Counted from the first letter of the stretch, positions 40,605 to 51,320 are shown. The stretch: 64,000 bases of DNA from Nitrospirales bacterium (GCA_963555755.3 OY820905.2:1664001-1728000), one strand, 5' to 3'. A program made the numbers and translations. Notes: generated by a model from the letters alone, not told the origin.

Positions 40605-40928
40605 CTACCCGCGAACCGGACTGGCTAACACGGCAGTACAGTTCTTTTCAGAATACGTCAAATTTTCCGTCAATGCTTGGTCACCAATCTGGTCAATCAT
40701 TTCCATTTTGATGGCATTATGTTTGGCCATATTGTCACACACCCAGACACATTGAGCGCAGCCCTTACAACGATCCACCGCCACATAGGCTGATCCATAC
40801 TTCAGACCTCTGTCTTTTCCCGCCTCGGTATTATAGAGAATCGTATTGGCCTCAGGACAAAATTGCGTACATAACTTACAACTCGTGGCAGCACAAATAT
40901 CTGTATCAATATGCGCAACTAAATACAT
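40605..40928 (-). CDS. forE: Ferredoxin-like epsilon subunit
   Basis: CAATSCKLCTQFCP and CKGCAQCVWVC. Confidence 0.75.
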   Translation of the reverse strand: MYLVAHIDTDICAATSCKLCTQFCPEANTILYNTEAGKDRGLKYGSAYVAVDRCKGCAQCVWVCDNMAKHNAIKMEMIDQIGDQALTENLTYSEKNCTAVLASPVRG

Positions 40929-40948
40929 AATATCCTCTCTTTTTTTCG

Positions 40949-41656
40949 CTATGCTGGTGCAGCAGAAGCAACCTCTTTGTCTTGTTTCTTCGCCCAACCC
41001 TTATCGACGGCATATTCCCAGGCCGCTCTTACCACGGCAAGATTTTTATCAATTAACTCCGCCTTTTTCTTAAACTTTCTTTCCACAACGCTATCTAACG
41101 CCGCCGTTCCTCCTGAGACCACAAAGCCTTTACCAAGAAAACGATCTTTCACCGCTTGGGCCAACGCCTCCATGTTTGTCAAACCCGTAATGGCACCAAT
41201 AGCCCCGACCATCGCCATATTCGTGGCAAGGTCAATTCCAGCCACCTCAAGAGAAAGTTTTGTTGCTGGCAAATAGTACAATTGGGCATTGAGTGCTTCG
41301 AGTTCCCGCGCCTGATCCGGCTCCAACTTCATCGTCCTCTCATGATTGATCAATGCCACTCCATCTTGCTTCAGTCCAAAATAGAATGGATTGGTATAGC
41401 TTTTGCCATGGGTAATGACCTGAGGATGAAAAATCATGATAATGTGAGGAAAGGTGATTTCGCCAATTTCATAAATTGGCTCATCAGACACTCTCACGTA
41501 ACTTTCCACTGGCGCCATTCGCTTTTCAGATCCATAGAATGGGACAATGGTGCTCTCTCCGCCCGCGTTAATGACCGCGGTGCTAAAAATATGAGAGCCC
41601 GTCACCACACCTTGCCCACCGACACCAGCCATGCGGATGTTATAACGAATCGCCAT
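40949..41656 (-). CDS. forC: Oxidoreductase gamma subunit (forC/forG)
   Basis: AGVGGQGVVT and YGSEKRMAP. Confidence 0.8.
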   Translation of the reverse strand: MAIRYNIRMAGVGGQGVVTGSHIFSTAVINAGGESTIVPFYGSEKRMAPVESYVRVSDEPIYEIGEITFPHIIMIFHPQVITHGKSYTNPFYFGLKQDGVALINHERTMKLEPDQARELEALNAQLYYLPATKLSLEVAGIDLATNMAMVGAIGAITGLTNMEALAQAVKDRFLGKGFVVSGGTAALDSVVERKFKKKAELIDKNLAVVRAAWEYAVDKGWAKKQDKEVASAAPA

Positions 41657-41715
41657 GTCCCAAACCCTCCTCTATCCTTAATGCCTTCAAAAAGCCTGAC
41701 GTGCTTAAGCCAGCG

Positions 41716-42606
41716 TTACTTTTGTTCTACTGCCGCCACTGGTTTTGGCAAATATTCTTTGTATCCATACAACTGCGACAGACATTCCTTGGCTTCATCT
41801 GTCATATATTCCTCAAATTTATATCGATCTTTTTCGACCACATTACAGTCTTCCAACACCTTTTCCGTTGGAATCGCATATTCGATATTACAGGAGGTAT
41901 AGGCCTGAATATAGGTAGGGCCAACCTCACGAGCGATTAATACAGCCTTCTTTATCACACTTTCCACCCGTCGTGGATTATTAGGAACCACAGTGGCCAC
42001 ATACGCACACCCTGCCACCTTTGCCATTCCCAGCATATCCATCTTTTCAAATTTTTTCCCAACCGGGGCCATTTTTAAGACTTGGCCTTTATTGGTCATA
42101 CCGCTTTCCTGACCACCCGTATTTCCATACACCTCGTTGTCCAACATGATCGTCGTGAACTTTTCTTTTCTAAACCATGAGTGCAGCGTTTGCGAAAACC
42201 CGATATCAGCCATACCACCGTCACCCGCCATCACAACAACATCTTTGGGTTTATCACCGAATCGGAGCTTAAGACCACGAGTTAGGCCACTGGCCACCCC
42301 ATTCTGATCTCCATAATTTCCATACACAAATTGAATGGCTGCTTGAGAGATGGCCAACCGACCACAACCAGCCGTTCCCACCGTAATGGTATCCTCAGGA
42401 TTCGGAAATGCGATCACGGCAAGCCGAATAAATAACGTCATGGCACAACCCGCACACATGGGATGTTCTTCCATGATTTCTTTAAACGATCCAACCTGGG
42501 ATACAGTAGTTTTCTTCCCAAATGGACCATGGTCCACCATATCCCGATATTCTTTTGGCATGAATTTGCCAAAGCCTGGTGTGAATTTCACATAATCGAG
42601 GCTCAT
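41716..42606 (-). CDS. forB: Oxidoreductase beta (TPP-binding) subunit
   Basis: CAGC and GDGG...DNEVYGNTGGQ. Confidence 0.8.
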   Translation of the reverse strand: MSLDYVKFTPGFGKFMPKEYRDMVDHGPFGKKTTVSQVGSFKEIMEEHPMCAGCAMTLFIRLAVIAFPNPEDTITVGTAGCGRLAISQAAIQFVYGNYGDQNGVASGLTRGLKLRFGDKPKDVVVMAGDGGMADIGFSQTLHSWFRKEKFTTIMLDNEVYGNTGGQESGMTNKGQVLKMAPVGKKFEKMDMLGMAKVAGCAYVATVVPNNPRRVESVIKKAVLIAREVGPTYIQAYTSCNIEYAIPTEKVLEDCNVVEKDRYKFEEYMTDEAKECLSQLYGYKEYLPKPVAAVEQK

Positions 42607-43022
42607 CGTAGACCCTCCCTTTTGTATGGTTTAGCTAAAAGTTTAGACAAACGTAATACTCGTTTTCTTCTATCTTCTCTCGCAGGAAAAATGCCTTCAC
42701 TCAAACTGAAAATAATATAGACCCATTACCGTAGCAAAGCATTGAAAATAATGTCAATCTTGATAAATTTCTATCCCCCCAATTGATCCTGAAAATACTC
42801 GACATCAACGTCTTATAATCCTAAGGCGAAAGGACAAAGAAGGCAACCAAAAAGAAGACCCAGCACTCCAAAAAGAAGGCCTACCATTCTACATCGCACC
42901 TAGGGCTTTGGGCCTACCCCCTTGACAACCTTGTATGATATAGACTCGAGGACGGATGAAACGATGGAAAAATGACTTTGTGGCAGGAATTGATTTTCAG
43001 AAGGACAAAGGAAAACAAATTA

Positions 43023-43997
43023 TTAATCCAAAATATATTGGACAGGATTCACAACCTTATCGTTAATGGCGACCTGGTAGTGAAGGTGAGGGCCGGTAGA
43101 GAATTTACCTGAACTACCCACCAACCCAATGACATCACCACGTTTAACCTTTTTGCCATATTTCACCAACATCTTGGCCAAGTGGCCATAGGTTGTCTCA
43201 ATCCCAAATCCGTGGTTGATGCGAATAAAATTCCCCAACCGGGTATCATAGGCAGCCACCACAACTTTTCCCGAAGCTGGCGCCCTTATCACACGCCCTC
43301 GAGGAGATCCAATGTCCAGACCTGAGTGAAAGGCCTTTTTCCCAGTGTAAGGGGAAATTCTTGGACCAAACTTTGAGGTAATATGACCTTTGACCGGCCA
43401 AATAGAGGGCGTTGCTGCCCATCGCTCCACACGTTCACCAGCCGTCTCAGCCAAATCATCCAGGATTTGCTGTTCTTTCAAAGCCTGGCGGTCCAGCCAA
43501 ACTAACCCTTGTTCAATATTGACAACCAACGAGAATTGTGTGGTCCCTTGATTTGGCGTGATCCGACTCTCGACCCCCGAAGAATCCAAGGATTGACCCG
43601 GCTCACCATAAATGTCGCTCTCATAGGGAAATTCTTCACCACCCTGTCCATTTACTTCAACACCTTCAACATTATTGGGCTCCAACCCAAAGATGGTTTG
43701 AAGTTTGCGATTGAGCTCTTGCATCACCAGCATCCGTTGCTTCATGCCGTCGATGGCAGACGAAAAGTTTTTGGTCTGCCCCCGAGTTTCCACAATCTCT
43801 GTTCGTAATGCATTGAGTTCAGAAACCTGGCTAGTTTGGACCACATAGTGAGCCATAATCCCCATTTGCACCACAATGAGAACCACCGCCGTGATCAACA
43901 CCCGTCGAAGCGTGACTTTTCGCAATCTCACCCGAAGAGGGTTTGACGTCGCTCCCCGAAAGATCATGATGGTATAGGCTTCGTCAAGGGTCTTCAT
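43023..43997 (-). CDS. M23 family metallopeptidase
   Basis: PSIWP, HSGLD and STGPHLHY. Confidence 0.93.
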   Translation of the reverse strand: MKTLDEAYTIMIFRGATSNPLRVRLRKVTLRRVLITAVVLIVVQMGIMAHYVVQTSQVSELNALRTEIVETRGQTKNFSSAIDGMKQRMLVMQELNRKLQTIFGLEPNNVEGVEVNGQGGEEFPYESDIYGEPGQSLDSSGVESRITPNQGTTQFSLVVNIEQGLVWLDRQALKEQQILDDLAETAGERVERWAATPSIWPVKGHITSKFGPRISPYTGKKAFHSGLDIGSPRGRVIRAPASGKVVVAAYDTRLGNFIRINHGFGIETTYGHLAKMLVKYGKKVKRGDVIGLVGSSGKFSTGPHLHYQVAINDKVVNPVQYILD

Positions 43998-44127
43998 ACA
44001 TCTCCTCTTAATGGTAACTTCTTCAGTTCATCAAAAGTTTAAAGTACTCTACTGGAGTCGATCCTAAGGGTCAATGCCAAAATGCAAAAGTTCGATTTGG
44101 CTTGTATTATGGAACATTGATCACAAA

Positions 44128-44457
44128 TTAACGACTATCGTGATTTCTGGTCATATCATGAACCCAAGATAAATACGATGCCGACCCTTCCACAATTGGC
44201 AACGCAATAATTTCAGGCACATCATAACTGTGCTGGGCAATTATCATTTTCTCTAGCGCCTTGAAAAGTGGTTTCCTGGTTTTGAGAATCATCAAACACT
44301 CTTCTTCTTCGGATATTTTGTCATTCCACTGAAAGATTGACTTCACTTTAGGAAGGACATTCACGCAAGCCACGAGCCGGTGCTCGACTAACATTTTACC
44401 TAAAGCGATGGCCTCTTTTTCGGAAGACGTGGTGACCAATACAACAATTGCATCCAC
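44128..44457 (-). CDS. cutA: Divalent-cation tolerance protein
   Basis: LVACVN, HSYDVPEII and YLSWV. Confidence 0.93.
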   Translation of the reverse strand: MDAIVVLVTTSSEKEAIALGKMLVEHRLVACVNVLPKVKSIFQWNDKISEEEECLMILKTRKPLFKALEKMIIAQHSYDVPEIIALPIVEGSASYLSWVHDMTRNHDSR

Positions 44458-44752
44458 TTTCAGCCATCCTGGCTCAAGCCCACTGTTCCCAAAATACTGT
44501 ACTTAAACACGGCACATGCGTTTTCAGGTGCACTTAGGACTCGTTTCTGTTCTACCATTGCCGAATCCTTACTCTGATAAAAATTATCGGCAGTTCCTGC
44601 TGAGACCTAAAGATTAAAGCGCGAAAAAAATAAATAGGCTATTTTACCTAACTATTTTAACTTAAATGCGATAGGCTATGACCCAGAAAATCTGGCGTGA
44701 GGCTACAGGCATTTAAAATTTGGCCCTATCTTAGATTAAGACCGCCGTGATC

Positions 44753-45499
44753 TTATTGCCCTTCCAGGCGAGCTTTTGCTTTTTCAGCCAAGTCCCGAAT
44801 GGCTGGACGCAACGCATCCTGAAGTGCAACGGGATAACTCTGTACTGAAACTCCCAACCCATAATACACCCCATCAATTTCTGAACCACGAAATTCCATG
44901 GCAAAACTCCATAAGACCTGGGATGGATCACCCGTGGGAGTAAGCCGCAGATCCATCTTCACCTCGGTAGTAGTTTCTCCCATAGGCAATCCAGCCATCC
45001 AAAGAACCGTCCCCAGTGGACCCAAGAGATAGGTTGTAAGGCGCCGTTCCCACTTGGTGGAATAGAGGCGTCCCCGCAACACGTAATCACTTGGTGGAGG
45101 AGTCTGGTCTCCAGAAAATATCACCGTGGAATAAATATTGGCCTCACGAATCTCATCGGCCAGGGCTCGGGCAAAATCCTTAGGGGGATCAAAAAACACT
45201 TCATCAATTTGTTCGGGATCCACCGCTGTTTCCGGACGATCATACGACGTCACCCCATGCGGCACCAAGGGAATGGCCACTCGCCAATATTCCTCGCTCA
45301 CTTCGGTGCCACGAAGATCTTCAAGCGGGAGCACGGCAAGACGGGCGGGAATGGAATCCTTGGCCGAAACATTCAAATAGGTCTTGACCGGAGGGGGTGG
45401 ATAGCTCCACTCTCGAGGCCCTAAACACCCCGAAATACTAAGAGCCCCAATAATTAGGAGAATACACCAGACTTTGAAAAATGATGACGAACGAATCAT
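44753..45499 (-). CDS. Hypothetical lipoprotein
   Basis: Signal peptide with lipobox ISGC. Confidence 0.75.
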   Translation of the reverse strand: MIRSSSFFKVWCILLIIGALSISGCLGPREWSYPPPPVKTYLNVSAKDSIPARLAVLPLEDLRGTEVSEEYWRVAIPLVPHGVTSYDRPETAVDPEQIDEVFFDPPKDFARALADEIREANIYSTVIFSGDQTPPPSDYVLRGRLYSTKWERRLTTYLLGPLGTVLWMAGLPMGETTTEVKMDLRLTPTGDPSQVLWSFAMEFRGSEIDGVYYGLGVSVQSYPVALQDALRPAIRDLAEKAKARLEGQ

Positions 45500-45744
45500 G
45501 TCATGCCTCCTTTAATAGCAACAGATGGCACAATTGGAATTTTGGCACATCCGGCAGGCAAGTTTCCAGTGCTTCTTAAGTCCCATCGCAATATCTACCC
45601 TGACCTATGATATGAAGAACTGATCCACGGTTTAACCTCAGGTCTCACCAAGCTTCCAATCCTAATTTTGTCTATGCCCTGGACCCGACTGTCCAGCTAA
45701 CAGATTGCCTAAATAGCCGCTGGGATGACAATGACCTGAATTCC

Positions 45745-46365
45745 TTACGGGACAAGTCCCCCGACACGGCAAAATTCATCTTGGAGTTCGCTATAGGATT
45801 GAACCACAGAAAATTGAGGAAATTCCGACTTGATTGAATCCGGTGGGCAAAAGAATACTCCCGCATCAGCTTCTTTCAGCATCGAAATATCGTTATAAGA
45901 ATCCCCGGCCGCCAGGACACGAAATTTCAAATTCTTCAGAGCCGCCACCGCATGGCGTTTTTGATCAGCTTGGCGAAGGTGATAGTTTCGAATAAACCCT
46001 TCCTCGTCAATGTCCAATGTATGACAAAATATGGTCGGATAGTGAAGCTGCTCCATCAAAGGCGCCACGAGATCATAAAACGTGTCAGAGAGAATGATCA
46101 CCTGGCATCGCGTTCGGAGCCAGTCTAAAAATGCCGAACTCCCTGCCAGAGGTCGCAACTCAGCCACCACATTTCTAATATCAGCAATCCGCACCTGATG
46201 ATCCGCCAAAATTTTGAGCCGTAATTGCATCAACTCGTCGTAATCCGGAATATCACGTGTGGTGACTTTCAGATCCGCAATGCCCGTTTTATCCGCAACC
46301 GCCAGCCAAATCTCTGGGGTCAAGACCCCTTCTAAATCTAAGCAGGTGATGACTGGTTGTGTCAT
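45745..46365 (-). CDS. thrH: Phosphoserine phosphatase / homoserine phosphotransferase
   Basis: CLDLEGVLTPEIW, TTRDIPDYDELM and GDSYND. Confidence 0.93.
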   Translation of the reverse strand: MTQPVITCLDLEGVLTPEIWLAVADKTGIADLKVTTRDIPDYDELMQLRLKILADHQVRIADIRNVVAELRPLAGSSAFLDWLRTRCQVIILSDTFYDLVAPLMEQLHYPTIFCHTLDIDEEGFIRNYHLRQADQKRHAVAALKNLKFRVLAAGDSYNDISMLKEADAGVFFCPPDSIKSEFPQFSVVQSYSELQDEFCRVGGLVP

Positions 46366-46470
46366 AAGATCCTTAACTTCTTTTTCTTCTTCTATCGTGC
46401 GACAGTGGTCAGTCAAAAACAAAACCCATGTATCTTAAAGAACCCACGCCGGGACTACAATCATCGAGAG

Positions 46471-47454
46471 CTATTTCTCGAACACTTCAGGATTCACGCA
46501 ATGAGGCAAGGGTTGGCCTGCCAAACCCGCGCGGAGATTTTCTGCCGCCATCACGGCCATTTTGCTCCGAGTGGCCACCGAGGCACTCGCAATATGCGGG
46601 ACGATCAAACAATTGGGCAACATGACAAGAGGGTCCTGGGCTGAAAGGGGTTCGGGGTCGGTGACATCCAGGGCAGCATACGCAATGGTTCGATCGCGGA
46701 GAGCATCCAGCAAAGCCTCCGAATCCACGACCTTTCCTCGTGCCGTATTGATTAGGATAGCCGTCGGCTTCATACGATTGAAGACCTGTCGATCGATCAA
46801 ATGCTGGGTCTCGGGTGTCAGAGGAACGTGCACACTCAGAAAGTCAGATTCCGCAACGACTTGATCAAATGGCAACTGTTCCACATGGCTCTGACTAAGA
46901 ATATCGTCAGCAATTGGTCGCGAATGGTACACTAATACTCGCATCCCAAATCCAGTGGCACGACGCGCCACGGCCTGACCTATTCGACCGAATCCAATAA
47001 TGCCCAAGGTAGCGCCATACACATCGTGGCCAACCAACAGTGTGGGATCCCACGCTCCCCAGCACCCGGCCTTCACAAACTCAGCGGCCTCACCAATTCG
47101 GCGCGCCGCAGCCATTAACAACGCAAACGCACAATCTGCCGTGGTTTCAGTCAATACTCCGGGAGTGTTCCCCACAGGAATCTTCCGTGTCGTGCAGGCA
47201 TGCACATCAATATGGTCATACCCAACGGCCATGGTACTGACCACACGAAGCCGTGGGGCCTGAGCCAACAACGCTTCATCGACTGCATCGGTCAGCAGGC
47301 AATAAAGCCCTTCAACAGACGCGATTTTTTGAAGGAGCACATCGCGAGGAATAGGACCCTTTCCCTCCCACACCTCGACATCGGCACAGTCTTGCACGGC
47401 TTGCAATCCGGCATCGGGAATCCGTCTGGTCACAAGAACGCGTGGTTTAGACAT
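46471..47454 (-). CDS. D-2-hydroxyacid dehydrogenase (glyoxylate reductase-like)
   Basis: NTPGVLTETTAD, GFGRIG, INTARG and PHIASA. Confidence 0.92.
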   Translation of the reverse strand: MSKPRVLVTRRIPDAGLQAVQDCADVEVWEGKGPIPRDVLLQKIASVEGLYCLLTDAVDEALLAQAPRLRVVSTMAVGYDHIDVHACTTRKIPVGNTPGVLTETTADCAFALLMAAARRIGEAAEFVKAGCWGAWDPTLLVGHDVYGATLGIIGFGRIGQAVARRATGFGMRVLVYHSRPIADDILSQSHVEQLPFDQVVAESDFLSVHVPLTPETQHLIDRQVFNRMKPTAILINTARGKVVDSEALLDALRDRTIAYAALDVTDPEPLSAQDPLVMLPNCLIVPHIASASVATRSKMAVMAAENLRAGLAGQPLPHCVNPEVFEK

Positions 47455-47498
47455 GGGAAACTTTGACCTTCAAGGCATCAAATCTGAAAAATGAGCGA

Positions 47499-47549
47499 CT
47501 GGCTCAAACCAGCATCCCCTCGTAACGATCGCTAATCGCGAACAGGCTC
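47499..47549. mobile_element. MITE family E end fragment
   Basis: Matches 49139-49189; abuts the antiporter stop (ctaa). Confidence 0.65.
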
Positions 47550-48554
47550 CTAAAGAACCGTCAATATGACCACGAAGGCCACATAGCACAAACCATTGAG
47601 AATAAGGTGAGCCGGTTTGATCTCCTGCCGCCTGGCCAAAAGCCAAAGGTAGGTGGTGGCAAAAAATGTCAATCCCATGCCGAGAAGCACTTCGGTCCGA
47701 GGCACCCAAGGAGTCAGCATGATGCCTAATGCCGGAAGCAGGCTGCCTTGAAACACCATGGCGCCGGTGATATTCCCAAACGCCAGAGTATCCCGGCCCC
47801 GCCGAATCCAAATGATGCTATTCACTTTCTCCGGCAATTCGGTCGCCACCGGTATAATAAGGAGGGACAAGGCTAACGTCGAGATTCCTAACCAAGACGC
47901 TAAATGCTCCACACCGTAAACAAACCCTTTCGCTCCCCCCACGATCAGACCAAGCCCCAACAACAGCTGCATGCTGATGGTGACAAGATTGTCCGGTAAA
48001 TGGACCCGGCTAAGAAAAAGCGGATGATCGGCTTCTGTCCCATGGCCTTCCTCGACCAGCCCACGTGAGGCGCGAATCGTCAGCATGAGGTAGATCATAT
48101 AGCTGAGGACTAACCCCAGAGCTAACGTCCCGCGAGTCACCCGCCACTCGACAGGCACGAACACCGCAATCGTCGCCAAGGCAAACGCAAACAGAAACCA
48201 ATTCAGATCTCGTCGCAATCCCGTTGGTTCAGGACGAAACGGACTGTTCCATCCACGGCGGTGCGCCGCAAACATCCCCATCAAAAACAACGTCAAGGTC
48301 GAGAGCATGAGTGGAGCCCCTAAAATAGCCCCCACGCCAACTTCGTGCCGTATTTCGAGACTGCCGGAACTCGCCAACACTGCCACGATAGGAACCATGG
48401 CTTCAGGCAACGCCGTTCCGACGGCAGCAAAAATCGACCCTGTCACGCCTTCGGAAATACCTAATCGTTGGCCAAGATGTTCCAACGCATTGGTAAAGGC
48501 TTCCGCACCGACCAATATCAAAATTAACGCAATAAGGAGAATCCAAAGTTCCAT
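47550..48554 (-). CDS. Sodium:calcium antiporter (CaCA family)
   Basis: GTALPE and ATELPE repeats; GNITG. Confidence 0.9.
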   Translation of the reverse strand: MELWILLIALILILVGAEAFTNALEHLGQRLGISEGVTGSIFAAVGTALPEAMVPIVAVLASSGSLEIRHEVGVGAILGAPLMLSTLTLFLMGMFAAHRRGWNSPFRPEPTGLRRDLNWFLFAFALATIAVFVPVEWRVTRGTLALGLVLSYMIYLMLTIRASRGLVEEGHGTEADHPLFLSRVHLPDNLVTISMQLLLGLGLIVGGAKGFVYGVEHLASWLGISTLALSLLIIPVATELPEKVNSIIWIRRGRDTLAFGNITGAMVFQGSLLPALGIMLTPWVPRTEVLLGMGLTFFATTYLWLLARRQEIKPAHLILNGLCYVAFVVILTVL

Positions 48555-48610
48555 CGTAGTCTTATCTCTCAGTTAATACGGCTGTCTCACGAACTCCGTA
48601 ATGTGCCTAA

Positions 48611-48767
48611 GGGCTCGCGTAAGAATAACTTCCCCTATTTGGGTGCTGAGACACCTGTCTGGCAAGGCGCGAGGACTGCGCATACTCTCGGTATGGAAAG
48701 GACGAGCAACGCCGCCAGACGGGATGGATCGACGCCCAAATAGGGGAAGTTATTCTTACGCGAGCCC
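48611..48767. mobile_element. MITE family B copy 2 (inverted relative to copy 1)
   Basis: Perfect 33-bp TIR gggctcgcgtaagaataacttcccctatttggg; TAA duplication. Confidence 0.88.
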
Positions 48768-48815
48768 TAAGTAAAGGGCTTGATCCTTACCCAGACCATC
48801 CACTAGACTAGACGG

Positions 48816-48968
48816 ATGGACGATTGGATGTTGATTGGGGTGCTTGGATGCATCGCTATGGTTGCCTATCGGTTCGGATACCGTTGGTGGCGCGACCGAC
48901 AAGCGGGGAAACAAGCGGATGCCTTACTCGCCAATATTCTGAAGCGCAAGGATTCCTTTCGTCGATAA
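48816..48968 (+). CDS. 50-aa single-TM small protein (below the ORF-track cutoff)
   Basis: MDDWMLIGVLGCIAMVAYRFGYRWWRDRQAGKQADALLANILKRKDSFRR*. Confidence 0.5.
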   Translation: MDDWMLIGVLGCIAMVAYRFGYRWWRDRQAGKQADALLANILKRKDSFRR

Positions 48969-49029
48969 CCGTGCCGGCCATTGGTTCTAATCTCATTCCT
49001 ATTTCTAGATTCTTCGAGCCCCATTCTCG

Positions 49030-49189
49030 GAGCTTGTCCAAGATTAGACGGATCTACTGCGGATGCCCTGGATTTGACCAGATCTTCCGATCCTTTTCGT
49101 TGAATAGCCCAACTATTCGCCTCAAACGATCGAAACATCTGACTCAAACCAGCACATCCTCGTGACGATCGCTAATCTCGGACAGGCTC
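49030..49189. mobile_element. MITE family E copy 2 (full length, 160 bp)
   Basis: TIR gagc(t/c)tgtcc(a/g)agattag. Confidence 0.82.
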
Positions 49190-49235
49190 CGAGATTAAAG
49201 GCAAAACGAGGCCTGTTTCCTGACTCCCATTCCCC

Positions 49236-50054
49236 ATGACCACAAACGCCTCCCGACAAGGTGAAATCTACCTCCATCGAGGCAATCTCACGCAGGCTCA
49301 GTATTGGTACGCACAGGCCGTGGATGAGGCCCGAGCGGAAGGCACGTGGGACTTGCTGGCATCGGCGCTAGGAAACCTGGGGAATGTCTATGCTTTGATG
49401 GAAGATTTCCATCAAGCGGATACCTGTTATCAAGAAGTCCTCACCATCCAACGCACACAATCCAACCCGAATACGATCGGTGAAACCCTGGGGAACCTTG
49501 GAAACTTGAAAGCCGATGCGGGAGACTATTCTAAAGCCCGCGCCTATTACTTAGAAGCCATCGACGCGTTAACCGCGACCGACAACCATCGAGGACTGGG
49601 CATTCTGTACTGCAACTTGGCCTTACAAGAAGTCGCAACCAACCAACTACCGGATGCGATTGGCCACTTTAAATACGCACTAGAATTCCATCGTGTAGTT
49701 GGTGATGAGGTCAGTCTCGCCAACACCTACAGCCAACTGGGTCAAGCTTTTCTCACGCAGGGAGAGATTCGTCAAGCCGAGCGCTGCCTCAACAACGCAA
49801 GTGAGCACTTTATTAAACTGGGCAATGAGCCAAGTGAAGCAGCAGTCCTGCGGGTGTTGGCCGACTTATACCAAAAACGGGGAGACACGATTTCAGCGGT
49901 ACGATGCCTGGAACGGACAATTCAAATTGATATTCGCTACCAACTCCCGGAACAGAATAATGATTATTCTCGACTGGCCCAATTACGAAAAGAAACCACC
50001 CCAGCCTCAAACAGCCCTCCCGACGACCCAAAGATAAAGATCAATCCGACATAA
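49236..50054 (+). CDS. Tetratricopeptide repeat protein
   Basis: Repeated LGNLG...A...Y..AL units. Confidence 0.88.
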   Translation: MTTNASRQGEIYLHRGNLTQAQYWYAQAVDEARAEGTWDLLASALGNLGNVYALMEDFHQADTCYQEVLTIQRTQSNPNTIGETLGNLGNLKADAGDYSKARAYYLEAIDALTATDNHRGLGILYCNLALQEVATNQLPDAIGHFKYALEFHRVVGDEVSLANTYSQLGQAFLTQGEIRQAERCLNNASEHFIKLGNEPSEAAVLRVLADLYQKRGDTISAVRCLERTIQIDIRYQLPEQNNDYSRLAQLRKETTPASNSPPDDPKIKINPT

Positions 50055-50808
50055 ACGCAAAGGCCAGTTGAATCGGTTTGAGTACACCACCTCCATGGCC
50101 AGCCTGCTGTTTTGATTTCACTTCCCCATGCAGGCTCCCCCACTTGGTACTCGGACTCACTTCACGAAGTTCACCCTGACAATACCCACATCGATGAGTC
50201 TTGGACGAAATGCTCTTTCGTTGCCGATGATACGCCCGACCACATTGCTGGCATTGCCAGGCATACTTGGATAACGCCTCCACCTCTGGGGTCAACGCGT
50301 GGTAAATCGTAATACCCAAACCATCCTCATTCATGACTTTCATCATTCGCCGAAATTCACGACCATGGGACGGGTGACATTTTTTCACATCAAACTGCCA
50401 TTGATGAATCATCTCATGGGCCAAAGTGCCTCGAATTTCAGCCAAGGGTTGATCACGAAGAAGCGGGAGGGATAACCGGATAACCCGACCCGAACCATGA
50501 CGTATTTCAGGAGCAACCAGGTGAGTGCGTGGCCCGCTTTGGGTGACAAACAGGCCAACGGAGGACGTCAAGCGCGTACTCCATTGAATCTCAATCGAAG
50601 GAAGCCGATTGTCAAAATACGATGCATTGAGCGAACTCCACATGCTCTGGAGTTCGCTCGACGAGAGCGGCAGGCGGGATGAAAGAGATGTGGTGCTCAC
50701 ATGTTTTATGATGTTGTTCCCAAGTATACGCGAAGCGGTCCATATGGTACCATGCCTGCGGTTCCATCCCAACCCCAAATACGACGCAACTTGAACACAC
50801 GTAATCAA
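50041..50808 (-). CDS. SprT-family zinc metalloprotein
   Basis: HEMIH, HGREF and CQQC...CGYC; start uncertain. Confidence 0.88.
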   Translation of the reverse strand: MITCVQVASYLGLGWNRRHGTIWTASRILGNNIIKHVSTTSLSSRLPLSSSELQSMWSSLNASYFDNRLPSIEIQWSTRLTSSVGLFVTQSGPRTHLVAPEIRHGSGRVIRLSLPLLRDQPLAEIRGTLAHEMIHQWQFDVKKCHPSHGREFRRMMKVMNEDGLGITIYHALTPEVEALSKYAWQCQQCGRAYHRQRKSISSKTHRCGYCQGELREVSPSTKWGSLHGEVKSKQQAGHGGGVLKPIQLAFAFMSD

Positions 50809-50831
50809 CTAGGTATAGGAATTCGCAGGTC

Positions 50832-51320
50832 ATGACCAGCGACCATCACAGAGATACGGAATTTATGGGGGCTGCCCTCGAAGAAGCCCAACAGGCTTTC
50901 TCCTTAGGCGAAGTGCCGGTGGGGGCAATTCTCGTGCATGAAGGCACCATCATCGCTCGCGGGCACAACCGGCGGGAATGGCAACACGACCCAACCGCAC
51001 ATGCGGAACTGCTCGTGATTCAACGTGCTGCTGAACAGTTGCAATCGTGGCGCCTCATCGATACCACATTGTATGTCACGCTGGAGCCTTGTCTCATGTG
51101 TGCTGGAGCCATGCTCCAAGCAAGAATCCCACGACTCGTGTTTGGCACATTGGATCCCAAAGCCGGAGCCTGCGGGTCATTATTTACCGTCCACCAGGAT
51201 TCACGCTTGAATCACCAAATCGACATCCGTCACGGCGTCCAAGAAGAATCGTGCCGGAACATCTTAAAGGAGTTTTTTCAACAAATCCGGCAAGACCATG
51301 CCGTGACCACAAAAAGTTAG
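50832..51320 (+). CDS. tadA: tRNA adenosine(34) deaminase
   Basis: EVPVGA, PTAHAE, TLEPCLMC and DPKAG. Confidence 0.95.
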   Translation: MTSDHHRDTEFMGAALEEAQQAFSLGEVPVGAILVHEGTIIARGHNRREWQHDPTAHAELLVIQRAAEQLQSWRLIDTTLYVTLEPCLMCAGAMLQARIPRLVFGTLDPKAGACGSLFTVHQDSRLNHQIDIRHGVQEESCRNILKEFFQQIRQDHAVTTKS

